From: a virus
Length of the DNA: 64,000 bases
IMG/VR virus record: IMGVR_UViG_3300032356_000182
Span: 1-64,000 of that record
Reading direction: 5' to 3' (one strand)
A program made the position numbers and the translations under genes. Position 1 is the stretch's first letter. Every line of letters begins with the position of its first letter. Positions 48,183 to 56,974 of the stretch are shown piece after piece. Under the pieces are notes generated by a model. That model saw only the letters and a program-made list of their open reading frames with translations, was not told the origin of the DNA and ran no database searches.

Positions 48183-48575
48183 GTGATTATAGGCCGAGAT
48201 CGCTCTGGAGCTCCTATTTCATTCGCTGTTCCGGGCTCTAAGGGAAAGATGTACGTGGTAGATTTGATCAGGAAATCTGAAGGGATTTATGCTAATTGTC
48301 AAGTTGCATCTTGGGGCAAGGATGCTCCGAAAGATGATCCATGGTGTCCTGGAAGCCGAGAAAGAAATGGACAAGCTACGATATGCTATCATACGATGGC
48401 TGCAGTTAACAAGGCATTTGAGGAATCTGGCTATACAGTTTCTTGGCATCGAACGAAAAGAGATGCTGGTACATTGAAGAGGAAAAAGTCAGGAAAGTCG
48501 TTCGTTCTTCCGATTTTTCCTTATGAGTGGGCAAAAATTCCGGGGGCGTATTTGCTTGTTTCAGAAAAGAAATAA
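48183..48575 (+). CDS. SWIM-like zinc-finger protein (paralogue of 3694-4155)
   Basis: VPGSKGKMY...CPGS...ATICYHTMAAV...PGAYLLV. Confidence 0.7.
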   Translation: MIIGRDRSGAPISFAVPGSKGKMYVVDLIRKSEGIYANCQVASWGKDAPKDDPWCPGSRERNGQATICYHTMAAVNKAFEESGYTVSWHRTKRDAGTLKRKKSGKSFVLPIFPYEWAKIPGAYLLVSEKK

Positions 48576-48591
48576 AGAAAAGGATTGAGAT

Positions 48592-50082
48592 ATGGCAGTA
48601 AAACCAGCGAGACCTGATTTAACCGAAATCGGTGTAACCGGCACGCCTATCTGGTCAGGCCAGATATTTCCAGATGATAATGCTTTGTTTAATGATATTC
48701 CTACCGCTATGGAAATCTATAGGAAGATGCGCAATGATAGCACTCTAAAAGCTTGCTTTCTCGTCAAGAGTTTGCCTATCAAGGCAACTAGATGGTGGGT
48801 AGAACCTGCTGATGAGAGTCCTGAAGCAGCGGATGTGGCTAACCAGATTGAAGAAAATCTTCTTAGAGGCATGACTGTAAATTGGACTAGAATTCTTCAT
48901 GAGATATGCTTAAAGTTTATCTATGGCTTTAGCATTTTTGAAAAAGTTTGGGAGGAAGATGGCGAAGGAAGAATTAAGCTAAGAAAATTAGCTATACGCC
49001 AAGCTGAAACTTTAAGCAGGTGGAATTTTGATGATAGCGGGGGGCCGAAAGAGATGGTTCAGATGGCTTTTTCCCCCAACAAAGGCATGGAGACATTCGT
49101 TATCCCTATTGAGAAACTAGTTGTGTTTGTTAATAATCAAGAAGGTTCTAATCTACTGGGCAGATCTGATTTTAGAGAGTGCTATAGAGAATGGTGGACG
49201 AAGGACAGATTGATGCGTCTTGAATTGATAGATGTTGAGCGTGATTCTATCGGAGTTCCGGTCATAGGCCTTCCAGAAGGTGCAAGCAAGGCTGATCAAG
49301 CAGTTGCTAAGAGCATTGTTACGTCAATCAGAAAAGATGAGGGTGGTGGGGTAGTTATTCCTCAGAGATGGCAGTATGGGTCTTGGCCAGCTGGCGGAAC
49401 TAATCGAGTAAATTCTTCAGAAATTATCAGAAGATATGACAGACAGATGTTAGTTTCTTGGCTAGCTCAGTTTATTGATTTGGGTTCCGGTGAAGTGGGC
49501 TCTTACGCTTTGTCTGAAGATCAGACAAATTTCTTCTTGATGTCTCTAGAAGCTGAAGCAAACTATATAGAAGATTGTTTCAATCGTTATGTGATTCCTC
49601 AGATGTGTGATTATGGAGGATATGCTCTGTCAAAGAGCGGAAAGTATCCGAGGCTTCGTCATCGAGATATCGGAAGATTTGATGCGAAGGCTTTTGCTGA
49701 TATCTTGAATTCACTTCTGCAGGGCGGCTGGATTACAGCTAGAGGAAAGCTGGATGAAGAATTTTTGCGAAAGAAGCTTTTCTTACCGGAACCTGAGAGC
49801 TACGAACAGCCTCAGCCTTCTGTGGAAGCGAATATTTCAGAAGAGCAACCCGAAGAGGAAAATCCCAGCGCGATGATAGAGAAAGAAACACCGAAAAGAT
49901 TTGGAACGTCAAAAATTATCAAAATCACTCCTGATCTTAGCGATGGTCAAGAAAATGAGAGCGAATATCTAGCTGGACTTCGTGCCAAGCTTATTCGTAC
50001 TTTTGAGGAATCCTCTAAAGCTAGAAAAAGTGCGTTAGAAAATCTTGAGGACAGCGAGTGGGAACGATATGAAAACAGCTAG
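48592..50082 (+). CDS. Portal protein, DUF935/Mu gp29-like
   Basis: EIGVTG, YGFSIFEKVW, LLGRS, ERDSIGVP, GSYALS, NRYVIP. Confidence 0.9.
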   Translation: MAVKPARPDLTEIGVTGTPIWSGQIFPDDNALFNDIPTAMEIYRKMRNDSTLKACFLVKSLPIKATRWWVEPADESPEAADVANQIEENLLRGMTVNWTRILHEICLKFIYGFSIFEKVWEEDGEGRIKLRKLAIRQAETLSRWNFDDSGGPKEMVQMAFSPNKGMETFVIPIEKLVVFVNNQEGSNLLGRSDFRECYREWWTKDRLMRLELIDVERDSIGVPVIGLPEGASKADQAVAKSIVTSIRKDEGGGVVIPQRWQYGSWPAGGTNRVNSSEIIRRYDRQMLVSWLAQFIDLGSGEVGSYALSEDQTNFFLMSLEAEANYIEDCFNRYVIPQMCDYGGYALSKSGKYPRLRHRDIGRFDAKAFADILNSLLQGGWITARGKLDEEFLRKKLFLPEPESYEQPQPSVEANISEEQPEEENPSAMIEKETPKRFGTSKIIKITPDLSDGQENESEYLAGLRAKLIRTFEESSKARKSALENLEDSEWERYENS

Positions 50083-50134
50083 CTTGGCTACTTTCTATCT
50101 GTTTAGCAGGTAAGTCCGTACAGGGGAATACGAT

Positions 50135-51292
50135 ATGCCTACACCAGAGCAGATAAAAGATAGAATTGAAAAACTGACCAAAACTCAGCGACTTGTGCAT
50201 CTTGTTTACCGGAAAACTGCAGATGATATTTCCGATACTTATGAAGTTTTGTTTGACATAGGTCGGAGGACCTACGAGCAGGCTTTGACATCCATGGCAG
50301 CGCAAGTAGGATGTGGTAATAGATTTGCACACCTTTCTGATGGACTTATATTGAAAGAGCTATCTGAACTCTATTATTCTCATGCCGCTTCTATTGTAGC
50401 TACTTATAATTTTGACTTAGCTGGGGCAATTCAGAGCATCTATAGCGAGAACAAATATGCTAATCGGTATTATTATGCGAAAAGACTAGATGAGTGGGAA
50501 AAGCTGCGTAGCTCGTGGAAAGACGATCAGATTTTGCAGATGACTATCGCTTATGCTAAAGATATGGCTGTTAGAGATTTCGCTAGATTTAACTTGACTG
50601 ATGGATATGGGATTTTTGAAGGGCCGGACGATTCTATAACTTGCGATGCTTGTAAGAGTTTGATAGATGGCAATCCTTATAGCCTTGAGGACTTTGCGAA
50701 AATCAGCTGTCCTGTTCATGTTAATTGCCGGCATAATAAAGCTATCTACGCTGGGAAGTTTGATAATGTGGCTTGTGAGGAATTGTGGCTGGGAGGAGTT
50801 GGAAAACTATCTGATGGAGACGCAGGTATCGTTAAGTTGTCAGATGAGCTTAGGCAGAGGGATTGGCTCGATATCTATTCTGAATTTGGTAATCAGGCAT
50901 ACGCGGACATTTTATCATTAAAAGATGCGTATGATGTTTCCAAGGGAATTGATTTTTCTAGGAGATGGGGACTTTCCAGAGGAGTATATTCAGGTTTTGT
51001 TTGGAAATCATCAGAAAACTATACGATTATTGATGAAGTTCAGCGCACTGTTTTGCCGTATTCGGTTGTTGTTAAGTTAATGAATCCATTCGTGACTTTG
51101 AGGGTTTGGGATGTTTCTAGAAAATACTCTGAGCTCAAGCAGGCTTGCGAAGATCTTAGCTGGGATGAGATAGGCCGCTATCTTGCGCAACTTGGTTATG
51201 ATTCGCTTTCTTTAATTGAGAATGACGATAGGCGAATCGTATATTTTGGGAGAAGTCAGAACTTGAGGTTTTTCCTAGGGAAGAGCGCTTGA
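50135..51292 (+). CDS. MuF/SPP1 gp7-like head morphogenesis protein with C-terminal extension
   Basis: DSITCDAC...CPVHVNCRH directly after portal; extension KLMNPF...LGYDSL...IVYF. Confidence 0.8.
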   Translation: MPTPEQIKDRIEKLTKTQRLVHLVYRKTADDISDTYEVLFDIGRRTYEQALTSMAAQVGCGNRFAHLSDGLILKELSELYYSHAASIVATYNFDLAGAIQSIYSENKYANRYYYAKRLDEWEKLRSSWKDDQILQMTIAYAKDMAVRDFARFNLTDGYGIFEGPDDSITCDACKSLIDGNPYSLEDFAKISCPVHVNCRHNKAIYAGKFDNVACEELWLGGVGKLSDGDAGIVKLSDELRQRDWLDIYSEFGNQAYADILSLKDAYDVSKGIDFSRRWGLSRGVYSGFVWKSSENYTIIDEVQRTVLPYSVVVKLMNPFVTLRVWDVSRKYSELKQACEDLSWDEIGRYLAQLGYDSLSLIENDDRRIVYFGRSQNLRFFLGKSA

Positions 51293-51329
51293 AAAACGCT
51301 GAATTTGAGTTGTTTCATAGGGACTAGCG

Positions 51330-54300
51330 ATGAATTCTGAAATCAATCTAAAGAAGCTCGGTGGCCCTGGGTCGGGATTTCATGGCCATGCAGGCCGTCC
51401 TGGTCGACGTGGAGGTTCAGCTCCAAGAAAATCATCAGAGGTTAAATATCATGACTATCAGGGAAGTCAGGGTCCTAGAGAGGCAATCTACAGATTTTAC
51501 CAAGAGCTTTCTGATAAAGAGCGAGAGAAGATTAAAGAGTATATCAATATTCCCAGCGATCAGGTGAGGGAGCCTTTCTACTTCTATACAAGCGATCCAG
51601 TTTCCGAGGTTCAGAAGTTATTCTTTTTATATACAGGTGGCGGCTTTAGAGAAATAAATAACTATCTTCGGAAAGACAAAAAGTCAGCGAAACCTGAATC
51701 TTCAATCTATCAGGTGTTGACTTCAGATGAAATTGAGAAGGCTGTGCAAACTATTGATCGTTTATTTCAAGAGAACAGCAGCACGCTTCCTAGAAATACA
51801 TATCTTTACCGAGGCATTTCTGGTGCATCTAATCTAGCTGCTTCTTTAAGATCTAGATTGGAAAAAGGTGAAACAAATATTGAGTTTTCGGACTTAGGTT
51901 TTGTTAGCACTTCGCTCTCTCCGAGTTCTGCCGCGTTTTTTGGACATCTTCATTATCGTAGTCAGATGCCTAATCAGCGACAGATTATGTTGAAGATAAG
52001 AGCTCCTAAAGGGCTTAAGGTTTTGCCGGTTCTTGGCAGCGAGGCCGAAGTCATTTTGAATCGGGGCTCACGTTTTAGAATAGTTAAGGTGATTGGAGAG
52101 AAACGTTATAGAGATTATCAAAAACAGTATCGGTATTCGGGCTCAGTATTTGATGTTTTTGAAGTAGAACTGGTACAACAAAAGAATGAGAAAAACTTAA
52201 GCGAAGCTATTCGTCTTGGGGGCTCGGGTTCAGGTTATCATGGTCATGCAGGACGTCCTGGTAAGCGTGGTGGCTCTCTTCCTCGAAATGCATTATCATT
52301 GGATTCTCTTGTTGCTAGAGGTATTGAGCCTTGGACGATGAGTCTTTCTGAATTCTACAATATCATGGGTGTGAAGAGAGTTAGCGATAGCGATAGCAAG
52401 ACGATGTCTAAGGAAGAATATCAGGCTGCTATTGAGAAAGAATTTAAGGTTGAAGATCTTTATGACAGGGCTATAAAAGAGAGGTTGGCGCTTGGATTGC
52501 CGGTTTCTGATAAAGTTCTTGAAGATGAAGGCGCTTGGTTAGTACGCCAAGCTTTGAATTCTTTGCAGGATTTTCCACAAGAGTCTTATCACGTTTGCAC
52601 TGCAAAGAAGCAGATTCTGGAGGATGGCTTGAAATCTAGACAAGAGCTTGGTATGAAGGCCGGCATCGGTCTTGGTGGTGGAGATGATTCTACTATAAGT
52701 GTCACTACCAACTTCAGATTGGCGAAAGATATCTTCAAGGTTATGCGAGAGGCACAGCAAGTAGCGGCTGGGAAGCTAACTATTCGTGAAATATGGGAAG
52801 ATGCAAAATCATATGGCGAGGAATGTGCTGCTAGGTGCTTAACTTATTTTCTTCCGCCCCCTTCTTTAGGCTTGCCAGAGTTTAAGTATGATTTCAAAAA
52901 TCCTGATAACGTTCCTGCTGGCTTGAAAGAGCTCCTTGAGGGCTATGAAACTATATACTCATCTGGAGATCCAAACAAATCATTTCCAATACGCGGCTCT
53001 AGGTGGCGTCAAGATAAGAAAGACCCGAAGGTTTGGAAAAGAAAACTTGCGAGGTCCGAAGTTTTAGAGAGGACTTGGCGGTTTTATTCGGAGCATTTTC
53101 TTCGGGTTCGGCAAGAAGCTGGGGGACCTGAAGATCCGCTGTTCTTCGGAACAGATTGGAAAAAATTAGCGAAAGTTAAATCTGAAAATATCGCTATCTT
53201 GAAAGTCAGACCAAAACCAGGGGCAAAAGGTTTTCCGGTTTCTGGTATGGATGAGTGGCGTATCTGGACGGGCAAAGCTTTAGAAGTTGAGCCGATTGAT
53301 TTGAAATCTCTAGTAGAGCAAACTATTCTTGTTTATATGGATGGCTTAAAGCCTTTTTCAAGAACGATGAAATCAGATAAAAAATCAGGTATCGGACAAT
53401 CGGACAAAAAATCAGAGCTCATCAGATCCATTGATAAACTTATTGACCTTTTGCGGCTGGGCGGCCCTGGTTCTGGTCATCACGGCCATGCTGGCCGCCC
53501 TGGCAAAAGAGGAGGTTCTGCTCCAAAAGAATATAGAGCCTATACCAGAGAGGAATTTGATTCTGTTTTTCAATCTTTGACTACACCTGAATATCGAGAT
53601 AGATACAATTGTGGAGATTCTCGCTTTGTTCCGAAAAGTCAAGATGATTTTTCTGCTTTTAGCGTTTGGAGATATGTTAATGATGCTTATTTAGGTATCA
53701 ATTCTGTTCTCAGAGAGGCACAGAATACAGGCAAATCTATCGAGAAAGTAACAGATTTTCAAAGATCTTCTCTAGATGATAAGTTTGATACGCTTGATCT
53801 TATCGCTGGCATGGATGCTGCTTTTGCTGAGGCACCTAGATTGCCGGAGCCGACAGTTGTTTATCGCGGTATTCCGTTTGATTCGGTTCTTAAGCGAAAT
53901 TTTGATAAATTGGAGCCGGGCTTTATTATAAAAGATCCAAAATTCGGCAGTACTAGTTTGAGTAGAAGTCTTGCTGAAAAATGGGCTGGGTTTCCTCCAG
54001 AGTATTTGACTCCAGAAAACGAGATAGGTGCTTTGCTAGAGATACGATTGCCGAAAGGAACCAAATTCATATATCCAAACACAAGCGAGCAAGAGCTTAT
54101 TCTAGATCGTGATGGGGAATATCGAGTTATTGATGTTCGTAAAGAGAAAGCAGTTGTTCAGTATAAATATCGAGATCCACGGGTTTATGTGCAGCACGTT
54201 TTAGTTTTAGAGCGGCTGCCTGAGAAGCAGAAAGCTAAAAAATTAGGCGGCCCTGGTTCTGGTCATCACGGCCATGCTGGCCGACCCGGTAAACGTGGAG

Positions 54301-55130
54301 GCAGTGCTCCTAGAAGTATCTACGATTATCAGGATTATACTGGAAGAGAAGCTGATTTCTTGGCCGATTATCAATCTACAGAGGAAGGTCAGCGATTTTA
54401 TAAGGAGTACTTGACTCGACTAAAAGCTCTTGTGTTTAGAGAAAATATGTCGATGCCAAAGGAAGTTCATGAGAAGCTGAAGAGTCTGATTAATTATATA
54501 AACTTAGGTCATAGTCCTATAAATAGATATTTGCGTAATTCGGATGCATTTGTTCCCTATGAAGACGAGGAAATACCTGAGATAAGAAAAAGGATATCTG
54601 ATTTAGATGCTTTGTTCAAAGAAGTACCTGGTTGTTCTAAAGATATGATTGTTTATCGAGAAATTCATCATCTATCACAAACTGCAGAGAGATTTGTGAA
54701 TGAAAAAGATAGATTGATTGGAAAAATCATCAGGGATGAGGGTTTTTGCAGTACAACAATAGACAGAGACGTAGCGGAAAAGATGGATCGTGGTCCCACA
54801 TCTTGGTGGTATGATCATATGAGGATACCTGGAGAAGGGATACCAGCTAGAGTTTTATTTAAGATAAAAGTTCCGAAAGGAACCAGAGGCATCTATATCG
54901 AAAATGAAGTAAGAGAAGAGAACGAGTTTCTCTTGAACAGAGGTTTATCTTTTCGGGTTGTTAGCGTGGAGAAAAATCATCAGCCAGCATATTCCAGTGA
55001 AGGATATGATATCATAGCTCATGATCAGTATGAATTTACCTTAGAGCTTTTGCCTGAGGTTAAAACTTTGGCTGAGATGCTTATCTTTCGATATAGAGCT
55101 AAACTGCGTAAAGAGAACAACCGATGCTAA
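51330..55130 (+). CDS. Tagged effector polyprotein (1266 aa): three VIP2-like ARTs plus one unknown His-type ART-like domain
   Basis: Tags at 51357, 52215, 53457, 54243; YRG-FVSTS-EAE; YHVCT..ILEDGLK; YRG-FGSTS-EQE; YRE-FCSTT-ENE. Confidence 0.88.
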   Translation: MNSEINLKKLGGPGSGFHGHAGRPGRRGGSAPRKSSEVKYHDYQGSQGPREAIYRFYQELSDKEREKIKEYINIPSDQVREPFYFYTSDPVSEVQKLFFLYTGGGFREINNYLRKDKKSAKPESSIYQVLTSDEIEKAVQTIDRLFQENSSTLPRNTYLYRGISGASNLAASLRSRLEKGETNIEFSDLGFVSTSLSPSSAAFFGHLHYRSQMPNQRQIMLKIRAPKGLKVLPVLGSEAEVILNRGSRFRIVKVIGEKRYRDYQKQYRYSGSVFDVFEVELVQQKNEKNLSEAIRLGGSGSGYHGHAGRPGKRGGSLPRNALSLDSLVARGIEPWTMSLSEFYNIMGVKRVSDSDSKTMSKEEYQAAIEKEFKVEDLYDRAIKERLALGLPVSDKVLEDEGAWLVRQALNSLQDFPQESYHVCTAKKQILEDGLKSRQELGMKAGIGLGGGDDSTISVTTNFRLAKDIFKVMREAQQVAAGKLTIREIWEDAKSYGEECAARCLTYFLPPPSLGLPEFKYDFKNPDNVPAGLKELLEGYETIYSSGDPNKSFPIRGSRWRQDKKDPKVWKRKLARSEVLERTWRFYSEHFLRVRQEAGGPEDPLFFGTDWKKLAKVKSENIAILKVRPKPGAKGFPVSGMDEWRIWTGKALEVEPIDLKSLVEQTILVYMDGLKPFSRTMKSDKKSGIGQSDKKSELIRSIDKLIDLLRLGGPGSGHHGHAGRPGKRGGSAPKEYRAYTREEFDSVFQSLTTPEYRDRYNCGDSRFVPKSQDDFSAFSVWRYVNDAYLGINSVLREAQNTGKSIEKVTDFQRSSLDDKFDTLDLIAGMDAAFAEAPRLPEPTVVYRGIPFDSVLKRNFDKLEPGFIIKDPKFGSTSLSRSLAEKWAGFPPEYLTPENEIGALLEIRLPKGTKFIYPNTSEQELILDRDGEYRVIDVRKEKAVVQYKYRDPRVYVQHVLVLERLPEKQKAKKLGGPGSGHHGHAGRPGKRGGSAPRSIYDYQDYTGREADFLADYQSTEEGQRFYKEYLTRLKALVFRENMSMPKEVHEKLKSLINYINLGHSPINRYLRNSDAFVPYEDEEIPEIRKRISDLDALFKEVPGCSKDMIVYREIHHLSQTAERFVNEKDRLIGKIIRDEGFCSTTIDRDVAEKMDRGPTSWWYDHMRIPGEGIPARVLFKIKVPKGTRGIYIENEVREENEFLLNRGLSFRVVSVEKNHQPAYSSEGYDIIAHDQYEFTLELLPEVKTLAEMLIFRYRAKLRKENNRC

Positions 55131-55143
55131 GGGAGGTAGAAAC

Positions 55144-56853
55144 ATGCGTATTCTAACTGATGGAGGAAAATACATAACCAGAGATAAAAATCGTAAAAAT
55201 AGTAGCAAATATCTTCATGCTTTGAGGTTGTTGCTGAGATGGAAAAAATTTAGGAAACTTGGAGGTCCTGGCTCGGGTTTTCATGGACATGCCGGACGTC
55301 CAGGTTACGTTGGGGGCTCTGCACCTTCTGGAGAGAGCATGTCTGGTAATGAGAATGTTCCGAAAGAGAAAGATGCGGAATATCAAGCTTCTACGATAGA
55401 TGAATATGCTTCAAAAGAACTTTCACGGTTTAGAATAAAAGATGAGATTGAGAAGCATCAAGTATCTGGTTCGCTATCTTCAAAGACGGTTGGGCTTATT
55501 ATAGCGAATGGCCGGGCGGTGCTTGAAAATCATGCGAGCGCTTTGAGTTCAGATACTAGAGGTCTTGCAGAAGGAATTCTTGATAGTTATCGTGCTGTCC
55601 TGCTGGAAGGCTTGAGAGATGGATCTCTTGCCGATGTTTCTACTGGTGATTTGGATTTTGTGTTAAGCGATTCGATAGAGAAGCTGATCGTGCAAGAGAT
55701 TGAATCAAGAAAAAGAACGCTGGGTGATCACGGTATTCGACATGCTATTTCAAATGCAAGAAATTCTTTAGATATACTGAATTCTTTAGCAGAAGGTGGG
55801 CAGAAGATAACCGCACGAGATAAGTTGATAGCTTTGCAGACTCAGCTTATTCATGATGTAGGTTTTGTCGCTGAGAGTCAGCGGAAAAGCTTTGATAATG
55901 AAATTCATCCTGAGATTTCGGCTGAATATGCTAGAAAACCGGAATATGAGCGAGTTTTCGGAGAGAAGTTTAATGATTTTTTAGAGACGGTTAGAACTCA
56001 TGATGGCGTTGATATTGATTGGGAAAGAGAGCCCGTAAAATCAGCGGTTAGGACAGCAGATAATTTTGCTTTGTTTTCCAGAGAAAAATTGCCAGATTTG
56101 TTTAATCGGATTCCTGGAGCTCTTGATAAATTAGCTCAGCTGCAGTTAGCTATTGCAGGAAATAAGGCGCAAGAGGTTTTGCCTATAGTTAAAGCTGATC
56201 TGCATAGGCTTATTGATAAAAGCAATTTGGATAAGAATTTGAAAGAAGATCTGCATCATGCGGCTGATGAGGTTAGCATAATCACAGGTAAGTTTACTCT
56301 TGGTATGGTAGCTGGAGCTTTTGACTCTTTTTCTTTTGATGATGGTGTTCTTGATATTTATCTCGTTCAGCGCCCAGATAGAGAAATCTTGAATGGTCTC
56401 TTTGACTTAGGGGAAAGACAGTTCAATAAATTTATCAAAGCCTATGAAGCTAAGGGAAGTTTAGATTCTGGCTTAGAGCTTAGTAGAGGTGGAAAGAAAA
56501 TATATAGAGTCGTTACTAAAGCAGAAATGGGTTCTAGCGTTTTGAGTTCTTTAGCTTCTGCCAGTGTTCGGCCATTACTGGCAAAAGCTGTTCGGATGAT
56601 TGATTTCTCTAAAGTTAGCAAACGAAATCGACAGGCTGCTTTCAATGCCATTAGCAAAGCTTTAATAGATAAAGCTACGCCGAGCGAAATCGCAGAGATA
56701 AAGAATCTCATCCTATCTGGCAGAGATGCTAGTTCTATATTAGGCTTCAAGCTCACAGCTAAAGAGCAGGAATATATCTACTCTAAAGTTGAGCTAATGG
56801 CTTATTTGAATGCAAACGCGAGGATATTGCTAAGAAAATCAAGATTAAAATAA
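55144..56853 (+). CDS. Tagged effector: HD-domain phosphohydrolase
   Basis: Tag at 55258; DHGIRH...IHDVG...H...THD...TADN. Confidence 0.8.
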   Translation: MRILTDGGKYITRDKNRKNSSKYLHALRLLLRWKKFRKLGGPGSGFHGHAGRPGYVGGSAPSGESMSGNENVPKEKDAEYQASTIDEYASKELSRFRIKDEIEKHQVSGSLSSKTVGLIIANGRAVLENHASALSSDTRGLAEGILDSYRAVLLEGLRDGSLADVSTGDLDFVLSDSIEKLIVQEIESRKRTLGDHGIRHAISNARNSLDILNSLAEGGQKITARDKLIALQTQLIHDVGFVAESQRKSFDNEIHPEISAEYARKPEYERVFGEKFNDFLETVRTHDGVDIDWEREPVKSAVRTADNFALFSREKLPDLFNRIPGALDKLAQLQLAIAGNKAQEVLPIVKADLHRLIDKSNLDKNLKEDLHHAADEVSIITGKFTLGMVAGAFDSFSFDDGVLDIYLVQRPDREILNGLFDLGERQFNKFIKAYEAKGSLDSGLELSRGGKKIYRVVTKAEMGSSVLSSLASASVRPLLAKAVRMIDFSKVSKRNRQAAFNAISKALIDKATPSEIAEIKNLILSGRDASSILGFKLTAKEQEYIYSKVELMAYLNANARILLRKSRLK

Positions 56854-56861
56854 TCGCTAAT

Positions 56862-56890
56862 TTGACAGATTTTTCAAGATCATATACACT
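56862..56890 (+). promoter_or_regulatory. sigma70-like promoter for the capsid operon
   Basis: TTGACA-17-TACACT. Confidence 0.6.
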
Positions 56891-56938
56891 TTTAAGTAGT
56901 ATCTGAAATATTCTTAAGAACTTATAGATATTAGAAAG

Positions 56939-56970
56939 AGCCCTTGAGCCTATCTCAAGGGCTTTTTATT
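56939..56970 (+). terminator. Intrinsic terminator-like hairpin just before the protease RBS
   Basis: AGCCCTTGAG-cctat-CTCAAGGGCT followed by TTTTATT. Confidence 0.7.
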
Positions 56971-56974
56971 AGGA

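Larger units (their letters stand above)
36293..55326 (+). repeat. Dispersed in-frame coding repeat: 15 copies of LGGPGSG(H/F/Y)HGHAGRPGKRGGSAP
   Basis: Leu codon of each copy at 36293, 37106, 37952, 38789, 39641, 40415, 43987, 45835, 47062, 47947, 51357, 52215, 53457, 54243, 55258. Confidence 0.98.

Noticed and set aside
36293-55326. Tag repeats as CRISPR repeats, inteins, collagen or integron attC sites
   Set aside because: All copies are in frame with wobble-position variation and are hundreds to thousands of bp apart; no intein Cys/His-Asn ends, no sustained G-X-Y period, no palindromic attC structure and no integrase
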